This document shows positions 43,454 through 56,269 of a stretch of DNA of 64,000 nt, in pieces (within the stretch, counting starts at the first letter, position 1; the number at the start of each line of letters is the position of its first letter). The notes beneath the pieces are model-generated. The model did not search any database. It was not told the origin of the DNA and saw nothing but the letters and a program-made list of their open reading frames with translations. Origin of the DNA: Hyaloraphidium curvatum SAG 235-1 (Eukaryota > Fungi > Monoblepharomycota); contig JAIVFI010000007.1 in assembly GCA_025558095.1 (NCBI GenBank), forward strand, positions 1-64,000. The letters are read 5' to 3'. The position numbers were made by a program, and so were the translations under genes.

Positions 43454-46002
43454 TTACAGGTCATCGAGGCCTCCAAATCCCCTGCCCCTGCCATTGTTGC
43501 CCCCCGAGAACAGCCCGAACCCCTCCCCCTCGCCCGCGGACCAACCCCCTTCGTCCGGCGTCCCCGGCCCGCCGGACCCCGGCTCTGGCGTCTCCGCCTT
43601 CCTGGGCGGCCCCCCCGACGTCGTACCGAGGTCGATGATCCCCCCCACGAGCCTCTGGCTGCCCGTGGACGACCGCGTCGGCGGCGGCAGGGGGAACAGC
43701 GGATCGTCCCTGCGCTCCTGCCTTGCCCACGCCCTCCCGGCGGCGTCGACGAATTCCTCGCTCGGTGCCGGTCCCCGCGCGGGGGGCGGCGCGGCGGCGG
43801 ATGCCCCGGCAGGGGTCACCGTGACCCTTGACCTGCCGAACGCGCGGCGCGACGCCGACGCGGGGGTCTGCACGGGGGTCTCGGGCTCCCCGTCCGCGTC
43901 CGCGTCGTCCGCGTCCTGCTCGTGCGCTCCGGTGCGCCGCCGGCGCACGCGGAAGAAGGGCTGCAGGATGCGCTGGTCGAACGAGACGAACCAGTGCGTC
44001 TGCCTGCCCTGCCCGGCCGCCCCCATGAGCCGCTCCTCCTCGCCGTCCCCGGCCTCGCCGTGCTCGCTCTCGCTGTCCGACCCCTCGCGCTCGGGCTCCG
44101 CGACCCCGGTTCGGATGCCGAAGTACCCGACCGCGGGCACGACCAGGCTGCCCAGCAGCAGCACGCTGGCCACGCACACGAGCAGCGTCGTGCTCCGCGT
44201 CGCCTTTTCCGTGTCCTCGTTGGGCGCGTCGAGCTGGTACGCGAGGGCAAAGGCGATGGCCCCGCGCAGCCCCGAGAGGACGAGGATATGCTGCCAGCCG
44301 CGCGGGATGGGCTCGTCCTCCCCGCGGGCGAGCCGTGTGGGGCTGGTGGGCGAGGCGGCGAGGAAGGAGAGCCAGCCGCGGGAGGTGGGGGTGAAGGGGG
44401 CGCGTGGGGAGGCGGGGAGCGAGAGCTCGCCATCCGGGGGGGGCGGGGGGCGGGAAAGGCTGTTGATTATTTGCGCGAGAGGGAGGACCGAAAGGTATCG
44501 AGCCAGGAGCAGGACGGCCTGCAGGTGGGAGATGAGCGAGCTCAAGCGTGAGCTGACTATGAGCACTTACAAGAGTGTACACGATGAGCCCGGGGTAGTA
44601 AGGATCCGTGCCGGCTAGGTGCCCGAGTGGTGAGGCAAACAACGTCAGAAGGTCCACATGAAACCAAAGCAGACAGCTACCCACCGAACACCGTGATCCC
44701 CAGCGACACAAAGATGAACACCTCCGACATGGTCGACAGCACCTTGAACATGTACTTTGTCGTCCTGCGCCCCTCCTCGGCCAGGTTCGGGTAGGCGTAG
44801 TGCCGCATTGCGATCCCGCAGAAGAGCAGCGACACGATCCCCGAGAGCTGCATCGCGTTGGCGAGCAGGTAGGAGCAGTACGCCAGCAGCGTCAGCACGC
44901 ACGATTCGAGCGGGGGGTACCGGTAGATGAGCGAGTGCTTGAAGAGCAGGGCCGAGAGCAGGCCGAAGACGAGGCCGATGAGCACGGAGCCCACGAAGAT
45001 GAGGACAAAGAGGCCGGTGCCCTGGAGTAGGGTGAGGAAAGACAGGGCGGAGGAGCGGAAGAGGCCGAGAGTCGAGAAGAGGACGATGGCGACCGAGTCG
45101 TTGAGGATGGATTCGCCGAAGATGATGGAGTAGAGGCGCGGTTCCACGCGGAGCTCGCGGAAGACGGCGAGCACGGTGACGGGGTCCGTGGAGGAGAGGA
45201 TGGCGCCGAGGACGAAGCAGTCGAGGAAGGAAAGCGCCAGGCGGTGCAGGCCGGTGAGCACGAAGAAGTAGATGAAGACGGCCACGATGAGCGCCGAGAA
45301 TATGGTGCCCAGGAAGGCGAACACGAGGATAGTGCCGAGGTTCCGGAAGAACATGTTCATCTGCATCTCGTAGCCCGAGTTGAGCAGGATCGGGGGCAGC
45401 AGCAGGTTGAAGAAATATCTGGGATCAAACTTGACCAGCCGCTGAAGGTTCTGGTCGCCGCCGGCGAGGCGGATGACCAGACCGACGGCCAGGCCCAAGA
45501 TCACGGCGAGCACGGTCTCGTGGATATAGCGGATCTTGAACCTCCGCAGTGCGTAGGCCGACAAAAGCGAGGCCAACAGCAGCGTGAACAGGATCAGCAG
45601 CGCCCACGCGTCGTACAGAGCCTCCTCCGTGGCCGGCAGTGGCGTCGGCGTCGGCGACAGCGTCGCGGAGGTGGATATCCACGCGGTCGTCGAGGTCCAT
45701 TCGTCGGTCGTGATCGTGGGAAACGGCGTGGGCGACTCCCAGGCCGAGGTTGCCGCGGAGGACCCGGCGGTCGAAGTCCACGCCCCGCTCGACGTCCATT
45801 CCGCGGAGCTCGTCGGCCAAACAGACGACGACGCGTCGGTCGGCCATTCGCTGGCGGTTTGAGTCCAGGGCGACGAGGGCTCCCCGGGCGGCTCCGTTGT
45901 TTGCGCGGGCTCCCCGCTCGTCGGCGCGTCGCCGCCCGCCGTCGTCGAAAGCGCCGGCGCCGAGGAGATTTCGGGATCGGGCGAGACGGGCACCGCCGTC
46001 AT
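43454..46002 (-). CDS. NHX1: Endosomal-type Na+/H+ exchanger (CPA1, Nhx1/NHE6-like)
   Basis: IHETV; FDPRYFFNLLLPPILLNSGYE; SSTDPVTVLA; FGESILNDSVAIVLF; SGIVSLLFCGI; SGLRGAIAFALA; introns near 44.5-44.7 kb. Confidence 0.9.
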
Positions 46003-46209
46003 GGCTGCGGCCGGGAGGGGGTCGGGCGCTTCGAGCGGTCTCCCTGCCGCCCGCGCTTCGTCACCACCCAGCAATCTTCGCGGGGGAGGTATCGACCCTT
46101 CGCCACCCCGGACGGTCGATGCAGTACCCCAACTCTGCAGGTCAGAAAAGAGTGTATCCATCCCATGAACAAGAAACCCCATCCCACCGCTCGATCGCCC
46201 CTCTCCGCC

Positions 46210-48733
46210 CTAATCCCTGTCCGAGTCCAGGTCCATCCTGGTCGCCTTCTTCTCCGGCAGCACCAGCCGCTCCCGCTCCCTCTCCTGCTGATGTGGGGCA
46301 ATCGGAAGCACGACGGGCGCCGCGGTGATCGGCTGCGCGGGGGCTTGGGAGGAAGCGTAGGCTGGGAGCGAGGGCGCTTCCGTCGAGGTGGGCGTCGCCG
46401 GTTGCTGCGCCGACCCCGACCCCGATCCCGACGCGGCGCCGGGCGCGCGCGAGGTCCACGCCTCGGGCAGCGCGCCCGGCACGCTGGGCGCCTGCAGCGA
46501 TCCCGACCCCGAGGGCTTGGGCCTCGGCGGGAAGGTGACGAGGGTGCCGCCCTTGGGAGGGGCTTCGCCGGCACCGTCTCCACCGGCAGCCGCGGAGGAA
46601 GAGGAGGCGGCGGGAGCCCGCGCGACGGTGGGCAGGTGCCCCGGCTTCCTCGGCTTGGGCAACTTGGGCACGCCCCCGCCCGCGGCCACTCCGGCCCCGG
46701 ATCCGTAGGGAACCTGCGGCAGCTTGAGCTTGGACCGGAAGTAGGCGTTCTCCCTCCTCAGCCTGTCGAGCAGCCGCGCCGTGTCCTTCTCGAGCACCTG
46801 GTACGTCCGCACCGTGGCCAGCAGCTCGCGGTTGGTCTTGCTGAGCTGCTTGTTGCGCTCGGCCTGCTTGGGCGCCTTCTTGGTCGGCGGCGGCTCGGGC
46901 CCTTCGGCGACGGCCTTCCACTGCTCGATCTCCTTCACGAGCTCCGCCGCGCGGTCGTTGTTGGCCGCCATCGCCGCGTGCGCCTCCTGGAGCTGCACCT
47001 TGAGCTTCCCGATCTCGTCCGGGTCCGAGGCGAGCGCCTGCAGGCGCTGCACCTCGTTGGCCAGCTTCTGGTTGCTCTGGTTCAGCTTCCTGTTCTGCTC
47101 CTCCAGCGCCGACGCCCGGGCCTCGGCGGCCGCGAGCTTCTCCGCCGCCCGCGCAGCGTCCGCCGCCGCCTGCCGGTCGTCCCTGGTCTGGTACTGCAGC
47201 CCGTGCGTGTCGTACAGCCCCTTGAGCGCCTTTTCCGCGCGATCCAGCGGCGCCGCGGGGACCTGCGCCGCGGGCGCCGCCGGTGCCGCCGGCGCGCGGT
47301 TGCGGTCGCCGACCAGGATCACCGAATCGTCCGAATCCGAGCCCGCCGTCCCGTCGGCCCGCTGCTTCCTCTGCTTAGGCGGGTACAGCCGGTCCATCTC
47401 CGAGTGGTACCACCCCCAGTCGAGGTACTCGAGCGCCTTGTCGTAGATCCTGCTCTCGGCGTTGGCCGCCTCCACAGCGTCGCGCTTGGGGAGGTGCCGC
47501 CGGATGCGCTCGATCATCTCGCGGCGCTCGGCGATGCCGGGCATCTGGCGCTGTCCCGGGACCTGTTGCTGCGCGCGCTGCGGTTGCTGGGGCTGCTGGG
47601 CGTACCCGTGGCCGGCGTACTGCTGCTGCTGCTGCTGCTGCGCGTGCTGCCGCCACGTCTCCTGCGGCGAGGCGGGGCGGGGCGGCTGGGCCGGGGCCGC
47701 GGTCTGGTACCGCTGCGCCGCGGCCTGGGGCTGCGGCACCTGCGGCGCCTGGACCATGGCCTGCTGGTGATACTGCTGGTATCCGTTGGCGTAGGCCTGC
47801 TGCTGGTGCTGCTGGTAGCCGGCGTACGAGATGGGCTGGAAAACACGCGGTCAGCGACAATGGAAGGCGGCGTCGTTTGGGTTTGGAACGTACCCTCCCG
47901 TAGGCGTCGTAGCGCTGCCCGCCCGAGCCCAGCGCATCCGCGATCGACGGCAGCGACTGCTGCTGCTGCTGCTGCGCAGCCGCCTGGTAGCTCTGGTACG
48001 GCGCCTGCTGCCCCGCCGCCTGGTACTGGTACCCGCGCGCCGCGGCGGCCGGGTCGTAGTACGCCTGCGGCATGGCCCGCTGGTCGGCGTAGACCCGCGG
48101 GGTGGCGGCGGCGGCGTGCTGCGCGTGCGCCTGCCAGTCGGCCTGCGGCGGGTACGCGGGCAGCGGGTCCTGCGGCTTGGCGGGGGAAGCGGCGGGCTGG
48201 TGGTTCCAGTACGCGTTCTGCGCCTGCTGCGCCATCGCGGGCAGCGGGGTCGGCTGTTGTGCGGCGGCGGGTGCTTGGGTGACGTTGGCAGGGGTTGAGA
48301 GGGCCGTCGAGGCGGCAGGCGGGGCGTCCGTGGCTGCCGGCGCGGCGACGGGCGCCACACCGTTGGGTGCGGCGAGTTCCTCGACGGTTTTCAGCCTCTT
48401 TGCCGGCGACGGTGCGGCCGACGCGTCGTTTGCCGTTGAGAGTGCCCCGCCCGCCCCGCGCCGCGCCGCGCCGCCGCCGCCGTCCGCCGCCGCGCCGCCC
48501 GCAATTTTGCCATTATTTCCGTCCTTCGCACCGCCGGGCGCCTTCCTGTCGATCACCATCTCGGCGGCCGGCGCGGGTTTGCCGCTTCGGGGAGCCCGCC
48601 GCCCCCGCGCGCCGTCGTCGTCGGAGCTCGCCAGCTCGTCGGGGTCGACGTCGCCGCCGGCCGAGTGGTAATCCGACTCGGACGCGAGCGACGAGCCCGA
48701 CCCGCTGCGCCGCCGCTTGGCCGGCTGCGCCAT
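46210..48733 (-). CDS. Gln/Pro/Ala/Tyr-rich putative nuclear protein with small helical domain and coiled coil
   Basis: NLS-like PAKRRR; poly-Q tracts; heptad region EEQNRKLNQSNQKLANEVQRL; intron near 47.83-47.9 kb. Confidence 0.65.
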
Positions 48734-49070
48734 CCCGCGCGGGATCCCGACGCCGGCCGGATGCGCGGCCGAGACCGGATCCGCCGGCTAAGGCGCCCTC
48801 AATTAGGGCGGAAAACGCCGCGGTGGAGGTGCGCCGCCGGACGGTATGTGTGCAGTCGGGGTCCGAATGAAAATGCTGTTCGGTGTTGCAAGGGCCGGCG
48901 GCGGCTGGTTCTAGGCGCTTCGGATCATAGGTGGCTGGCCGCACGGACCCGCGACTCGAAAAATCGATCGATGTCGGATTCCCGGTGCAAGAGGCCTTCC
49001 ATCGGCACCCATACATGCTGCCCGTCAACTTTCCATCGCATTGTACCGTCCACCCGCTCCGCATCCGCCT

Positions 49071-50617
49071 TCAGGCGGATCTGAGGACCGCGGCAGGGAC
49101 CCACTCCCCCGCCTCCCCCCGGGGGCCATAAACGTCCATCCTCAGCTCGAACGCGCCCGGCCCCGCGGCGAGGTAGTTCTCCGCATCCCCTTTCCCACCC
49201 TCCGCGCCGCCGACGGCCACGGCGACCAGCTGCGACGGGTAGGCCCGCTTGGCCGCCGTGCCCGCGAGCTCCGAGACGGTGCCCTCCGCGGTGCGCACCG
49301 AAAGCACCCAGAACCCGCCGTCCCCGCACTCGGGCTCGGCAAACGCCACCGAATACGCGTTCGATCCGTCCAACGGGGACCCCGTGGCGTCCTCCCTGCA
49401 CGTCCACCACACGCGCTCGGGGTCCGCCAGCACCCCCCTGCGCGCGCGCAGCGCCCTCTCGAGCAGGTCGAACGTCCCCGCGTCCATCCGCCGCGGATCC
49501 AGCGGCGCAGGGGAACTCTCCCACCCCGCCTCCTTTTTGACGGCGCCCAGCCACGCGTCGCCCCGGATCCCGGCGTACTCCTCCAGCAGGTGGTCGGCCT
49601 TGTACGCCGCGTCGGCCAGGCGCACGAGGAGCTTCTCCTCGGGGAGCTGCAAAGCGGGGGGGTTGCTGGGGAGGGGGAGGGTGGGCGGGGGGAGCAGCAT
49701 GCGGAGGGTCGCGAGCTCGAGGAGGGCGGGCTCGTGGAGGGGAGAGTCGGAGGGGGAGAAGGGGTCCGCGCCGGGGATGGTGCAGTGGCGCTGTTGCGAG
49801 CAAAGCGGGGTTAGCAAACGGCTTGCAGGCTGACGATCCGTCTTCGGCCCACCAGAACGCGCGCCGCGGCCTCCCACTCCTCCAGCTTGTGCTCCCTCCA
49901 CTCTTTCGACAGCCCCACTACCCCGTCCCCATCCCCCTCGATCAGCCCCCCGTCCCACAGCTTCGCCCCCGCCTTGTACATCCCCAGCCTCGCCTGCAGG
50001 TCCTGCTCGACCCTTACCAGCCCCTCCAACCCGCCGGGCCACTCGAGCACCTCCAGCGGTCCCGTCTCCACCTCCCCGCCCTCCACATCGGCGGCAACCA
50101 TCCGCGCCTCGCACCAGACGAGGTCGTTGTCCGTCTCCACCACCTTCACCCCGTCCTTCATCGCCTCTGCCCTGCCCTTCCCGACCGTCCGCGTGCCCAC
50201 GACGACGACGACCGCCCCGCCGTTCCCGTGCGTCCTGCTCGACAAAGAGGCGAGGCAGCATCCCCACGGGTCGAACAGGGAGAGCGACCAGAACACGCCG
50301 GGGGGCACGGCGGGCACCTTGATGCCGGCTATGGGCTTTCCCGGCGCCAGGGCGAGCAGCCCCTCGGCGCCCTCGTCACCGGCACGGAACTCGTTGGGCA
50401 CGCAGTCCTTCGCTTTCGCGTAGAATTCGGAGAGGGGCAGCAAGGCCAGCCGGCCGGGCACGAGGTTGTCTCGATAATAAAGCCATCCCGCGGCGAGGGT
50501 CGACAGGTGCCGGTAGCCGAACGCGGCGGCGCCCGCGAGCGAGGACAGCGGCGCCGGGAGCCACGAGGTATAAGCGCGAGGTGCGGATGGCGGGGCGGAG
50601 GGCGGGTAGGAGGACAT
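49071..50617 (-). CDS. DUF1254/DUF1214-like protein
   Basis: VPAVPPGVFWSLSLFDPWG..VWCEAR; EDATGSPLDGSNAYSVAF..GFWVLSV..NYL..FELRMDVYGP..W; intron near 49.8 kb. Confidence 0.65.
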
Positions 50618-50889
50618 CGCGGGGCAAGGGAAAGAGAAACCGCGGGGCCGGCACGGCGTCTCAGCGGGTGCGAGAGCGAAGAGTTACCTCTTGGGAGGTC
50701 TCGAGGTCCTCCAAGGCAACGGCTGACCAGGAAAAGAGGTGCAAAGAGGCTCTAGAGCAAGTTCCGGTGGTCGAGGTGGGGATGCGGTGCCCCCGTCGGG
50801 AGCGAATCTCATGTCTCCCACCCGCGATCCAGCGAACCGCTTCCGGCATCCCGCGGCTCCCATCGACCGTCCCTCCGTACGTGCCTGAA

Positions 50890-51826
50890 ATGCCCACCCT
50901 TCCCGCCCCCGTCTCCCTTCCCGCCGACCCCTCCCGCGGCCGCCTCGCCGGCAAGACCTGCGCGCTCTTCGGCGCCGGGCAGTCCCCCGGCGAGCCCGGG
51001 TTCCTGGGCAACGGCCGCGCCACGGTGATGCGGATGGCGCAGGAGGGATGCAGGGTGCTCGCGGTGGACAGCGATCCCGCGTCGGCGGAGGAGACGGCGC
51101 GGCTGGCGAACGCGCAGCCCGGGCTGCCTTTGAAAGACCCCGTAGTGGCCTACAAGGCCGACGTGGCGGAGGAAAGCGAGGTCAAGGCCGCGCTGGACGA
51201 GGTGGTGCGCCGGTGGGGCACCCTCTCGATCGTGCACTACAACGTCGGCGTCTCCGTGGGCGCCGGCGACGGCCCGCTGGCGGCCATGACGAGGGACAGG
51301 TTCGAGAAAGTGTCGAGGGTCAATCTGTGGGGGCTCGTGGCGGCGGCCAAGCACGCGGCGGAGATCATGGGGAAGCAGGAGGGGGGAGGGGTGATTTGCT
51401 CGATATCGAGCGCGGCGGCGGTCGAGAACTCGTGTCGGTGTCCTTCTTGCCCCGCAGCGGACATATTGCTGACTTTCCGCCCCCTGCATCGCAGACCCCA
51501 ACGTCGTCTACCGCCTCACCAAATCCGCTATCGTCTCCTTCACCTCCTCCCAGGCGCTGCAGCTCGCGCCCCGCCTCATCCGCGTCAACACGGTTCTTCC
51601 CGGCCTGATCGACACCCCGATGGCCGTCGACACCCGCGCGCGCGTGCTAAACAGGCCGAGGGCGGACGTGCAGGCCGAGAGGGACAGGAGGGTGCCGCTG
51701 GGCGGGAAGCAGGGCAGCCCGTGGGACGTGGCGAACGCGGTGGTGTGGTTGTGCTCGGACGAGGCGCGGTGGGTGACGGGGCAGGCGCTGGGCGTGTGCG
51801 GGGGTGGGACGCTGGGGAGGTTGTGA
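50890..51826 (+). CDS. Classical short-chain dehydrogenase/reductase
   Basis: GAGQSPGEPGFLGNGRA; YNVGV; ISS; YRLTK (YxxxK); IRVNTVLPGLIDTPM; WVTGQ. Intron ~51432-51494. Confidence 0.9.
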
Positions 51827-52223
51827 TCGGTACGCAGTGTGGAGGTTGTCTGGAGAGCCGAGGCGGGAAGCGGCGGGCAGGACGGCAGGGGTTCGCGATC
51901 GAGCGTCGATCCCGGGCCCGTAGCTCTATGGACGCCGAATTCCGTCTGCTGCTGTCTTTCGAGTCGTTCCGAGGTCCACGCAGGGGTTTTGCCAGGCAAC
52001 GAGGTGTTGCGCATGGTTTGGCGAGGCGGCGGGCTGGACCCGTCGACTGTCCGGAGGCACCCGGCCCCATCCCACGGATCGCCCCTCCCTCGCACCGCCG
52101 CGCTACGGACGCGCCGGCGCCGCACAGATCGATTTCCGGTGGCCGCCGCCGCGCTGCCGAGGTGCCCGCGGCGCGATTCCCCGGCGGCGCCGCCCGCTCA
52201 GCGCCCTTCCCGCCTTCCCGCAG

Positions 52224-53810
52224 ATGTCGACCGCCGCGGCGCACCGCATCGCGCTGCTCGCGGTGCTGATCGCCGCCTTTGCCCTGCTCGGCCCCAGCCG
52301 CTCGGAAAGCGGGCTGGCGTTCCGCGCCAACGGGGTCTCCGCCGCGGGCGTGCAGCGCTTCCCGGTCATGCGAGTCTCGAAACGGCAGTACGGACTCGAC
52401 GCCAACGACGACGATGATGACGAGGGCGATGATGATGACGACGACGACGATGTGGGTGGTGTCCCGGCCCGGATTGGCGGCGCTGGACCGGCTGCTCCCC
52501 CCAGGACGACTCGGACGAACGGCGGCGGCTCCAGCGGCGCCAGCGGCGCCAGAAGAAGAGCAAGAAGACTAAGACCGCAAAGAAGAAGAAGACCGCCAAG
52601 AAAGCACCGAAGAAGAAAAAGACCACCAAGAAGAAGACAACCAAGAACAAGAAGGACACGAAAAAGGCTAAGAAGGAGAAGACGACCAAGGGCGGCTGCG
52701 TCCCCAAGGGCATCCGGGGCCGCCTCCCCAAACCGCTCCCCGCCTCGTGCACCCCGGCATTGCTGGAGCAGTACTGCAACGTGGCCAAGAACCAGAAGGA
52801 CCCCGCCTGTGCCGACCTCCTGGGCTGCGTGCCCAAGAAGGGCCTCATGGGCTCGGCCAAGCTGCCCGACCCGCTCCCGGCATCCTGCACGCCCGAGAAG
52901 CTGGCCGCGTACTGCGCGAAACCGACGAGCTCCAAGGACCCGGCGTGCGGGGACGCGTCCAACTGCGTGCCCGACACCGAGGACGAGGTGGGGGTCGCTG
53001 CCCGCCGGCGCATGCGGACGGCCCTCACACCACTCCAGGAGGGTAACATGATCCTCTCCAACCCGCCGGCGCCCGAGTGCAACCCGGCCTCGCTCAAGGC
53101 GTACTGCAAGTCGCTCGGCTCCGCCAAGAACGTGGGCACGATGCGACCGCGCCGGCCTCCCCTAGCCCTCCTCACGCACCCATCTGCCCACCAGAGCGAG
53201 CCCCAATGCGCCAGCGGCCTCTCTCGCGCCATCAAGTCCGTCAAGAAGGCCGTCTCGGGCGCCTTTGCCGCCTTTGCCCCGCAGATCCAGGAGCTCGGCA
53301 CCATGATCGGCATCGAAAACTACACCCCGCTCAGGTTCGCGACCGACTTTGGCCCGATCCTCGTGCAGTCCAAGGGCGACGCCAAGAAGATGGCCAGGGC
53401 GGTGGGCTCCCGCTCCACCTTGCTGCCGCGATGGGGAGGGACACGCTGACGGGCGATTGCCACCCCGCAGATTAAGAAGAAGCTCCAGGAGATCGCCGTC
53501 GACGCCGAAGGCGTCCAGGACGCCAGTGGGTACCCGCGTCGTCCCCGCACCTGCTCTCCACGTGACCGCGCCCCATTCAGTCGCCCTGGTCCAAACCATC
53601 CTCGGCCAGTCGCCCACCGGCGGCGAAGAGGAGGAAGGAGGCGAAGGAGAGGGCGACGTCAGCCCCCCGGCCGGCGACGACGACGAGGCGCCGCCGCCGG
53701 AGGACGACGATGCGCCGCCGCCGCCGGCCGAGGACGACGATGTGCCGCCGCCGGAGGACGACGATGAGCCGCCGCCGGAGGTGGAGGAGGAGCCGATGGA
53801 GGAGGATTGA
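52224..53810 (+). CDS. Secreted protein with three Cys-rich repeats, poly-Asp, poly-Lys and (PPPEDDD)n tail
   Basis: Signal; repeats PLPASCTPxxLxxYC..KDPAC; ~5 introns. Confidence 0.65.
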
Positions 53811-53984
53811 AGGGCCCCTGTGTGTGTGCGTGCGCATGCGAATATCATATTGCGTTACCATTGGAATGGCGGACTGCGAAATCCGTTCCCAGGAGGTAGA
53901 TTGCGCATGGCAGGCATTCGGCGGGGCGAGGAGGAGAATGACGCGCAAACATTTTATGTGTCTCCCCCGCCCGTTCCTCCCACG

Positions 53985-55337
53985 ATGATCCACGATGCGA
54001 CCCTGGAAACACCGCACCTTGAGCCGGAGCTTGCATTGGCGGGCCCTGCACCCTCGCTATGCCCTCGTTTGCCCCCCGAGCTCCTGAGAATCATTCTCGA
54101 GTGGGTCCCCCGTTCCCGGCCTTGCTCCCCCGTCCATGTCAACTGACGACGCGTTCTCATGGCGCTCAACTATCCAGATTCGCCTTCCCCACGTGCCCGC
54201 TCCTCCGGCGGGGCCCCCTCCGCGATCGGGCTCGGACCTGCACATGCCACTCGCGCCGCGGCGCCCTCCACCGCCTGCTCTTCGTGTCCCGCGATTTCGC
54301 AGACTGCGCCGCGGAACGGCTCTACGAGTGTCTGCTCGTCGGCGACGACGGCGTCGGGAGGCTCTCGAGCCTGTGGAGCTCCCTCGGCCCCGCGTCGCGG
54401 GACGGTCAAACGTCGCGGCCCTATTCCCGATTCGTCAGGAGCATCTCCTTCCACTGCGTCAATTCCTCCAGCGCGTTTCCGCAGCGGCGGACGGACGTCG
54501 TCGCTGCTTTGAAGGAGATGTCCTGCGTGCGCAGGGTGCGCTTCTCGTCCAAGCGCGTGGACGTCTGGGACCTCGTCTGGGACTGCACGGCACTGCTCCG
54601 TGCGCTGGAGGCCTCGGGCAGCCCGCTCGAGGCCGTGATCATCGACGGCGCACGGTTCAGCGGGGAGCAGGTCGGGCAGGTGCTGGCCAAGCTGGACAAT
54701 CTGAGCGTGCTCGAGATCCGGCGCACGGACGCCAAGATGCGCAAGGGGATCAAGGAGGCGATATCGCACGGTCTGGAGGAGCTCGTGATCCGGGACGCGT
54801 TCACGGTCCTCTACTATGCGTTCGACGGGCACGAGGGGACCACCAAGCTGAGGAAGCTTGAGCTCGGAGAGTACCGCAAGTTCCCCGACAACGGCATCCG
54901 CAGCGTACTTGCCTCCTCGCCGGATCTGGAGGAGGTCTCCCTGGACGTCTTCAAGGTTACGGTGGGTTGAGCCGCGATCTGCAGCTCGTCGTGAATTAGC
55001 TCATCAATTGCATCCACACCAGCGCCAGCTCCTGCAGCACCTCACCACCCTCCCGCACCTCCGCCTCCTGCGCCTACAATGCCCCCGCATCCCCACGCAC
55101 CTTCCCACCTGGCGCCTCCTCGCGCAGCGGTGCGTGCTGGAGGACGTCTCGCTCGAGGCCGAGTGGGGCAAGGCGGTGCCGACGGTCGGCAGGGCGCTCG
55201 CGAGGATGCTAGGCGGAGAGGGGAGGGTGCGGTGGACGGGGATGGACAAGATCGTGGGTGGGAGCCCGAGGAAGGTGGCTTCGCCGGGGAAGTCGGCCAG
55301 GGTCGTGGATCACAACCAGCAGCCGCCAGTGATCTAG
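53985..55337 (+). CDS. F-box-like / LRR (RNI-like) protein
   Basis: RLPPELLRIILE..LLFVSRDF..AAERLY; LxxLxI repeats; 2 introns. Confidence 0.65.
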
Positions 55338-55618
55338 CTTGCACTTTCTTGAATTTCCTCTGTGAAATCCAATCGAGGTCGTTCTCGAGTGTTGGTCGGA
55401 CGACCGTCGCGGGTGAATCATCAGCATCGCCACGCCATCGCAAACAAGCCGAAGCTCCGCCGCCCGTTGGCTCCCCATCGCAGCCCCCAAACCGGACGAC
55501 CTCCGCGGCGGCCTCGCGATATGCCACGCACGCGCAACCTGGCCCGGCCCCGGCGCCGCAGGTGCCCGCCGGGCTCCCCAAGGACATCCATATCGTCACG
55601 GTCACGCCGCGTTTCCCG

Positions 55619-56158
55619 ATGGCAGAGTTCCCCCCCTGGTCGGATCCCATTCCGCCCGTTTACTGCGTTGGAATCCGTTGCTGAAGACGGGCCCCGTCCT
55701 GCAGGCCCGCACTCTACCTCGGCGAAGTCTCCGCGATGACGGACAAGAAGATCCTCCGGGCGAACAACTGGCGGCATCGTGGTCGGAGACCGCAACACCT
55801 CTTATTTGTGGCTTTCCAACCACCTGGACTGGCTTCGCTTTTTGGCCGACTTGCGCGATCGAGACGACGACGAGCACCGCAAGTTTGCTCTGTGCCTGGG
55901 CTCACAAACAGCGAAACTTCGGCGCATGCTCACCAGATCGCGCGATCGCAGGACGTCTGCAAGACGTGCGGCCAGCCGGTGTGCATCTCGGTGCTCTGCG
56001 CGGCCAGCTCCGACGACGGCGGCGCCGGATGCTTCGGCAGCGTGTGCAAGGCGGGCCACACCCTCTGCAAGAAGTGCCTGCCCGTCGCCCTCGAGGACTG
56101 GTCCGTGATCGACCGCTGCCCGCACTGCAACGACGACGACGACGACGAGAGCGCCTGA
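55619..56158 (+). CDS. Small Cys-rich zinc-finger-like protein (exon structure uncertain)
   Basis: CKTC..C..C..C..CKAGHTLCKKC..CPHC followed by an acidic tail. Confidence 0.45.
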
Positions 56159-56269
56159 TTCGCTCTGGCGGACGATTGCAGCAAACTGCGATTCGTGCGT
56201 CGGAACGGTAGCCAATAGTCTTGAAAACAGATGCAATAGCCCGGCCTCGCTCAGAACGGCATCCCGGCC

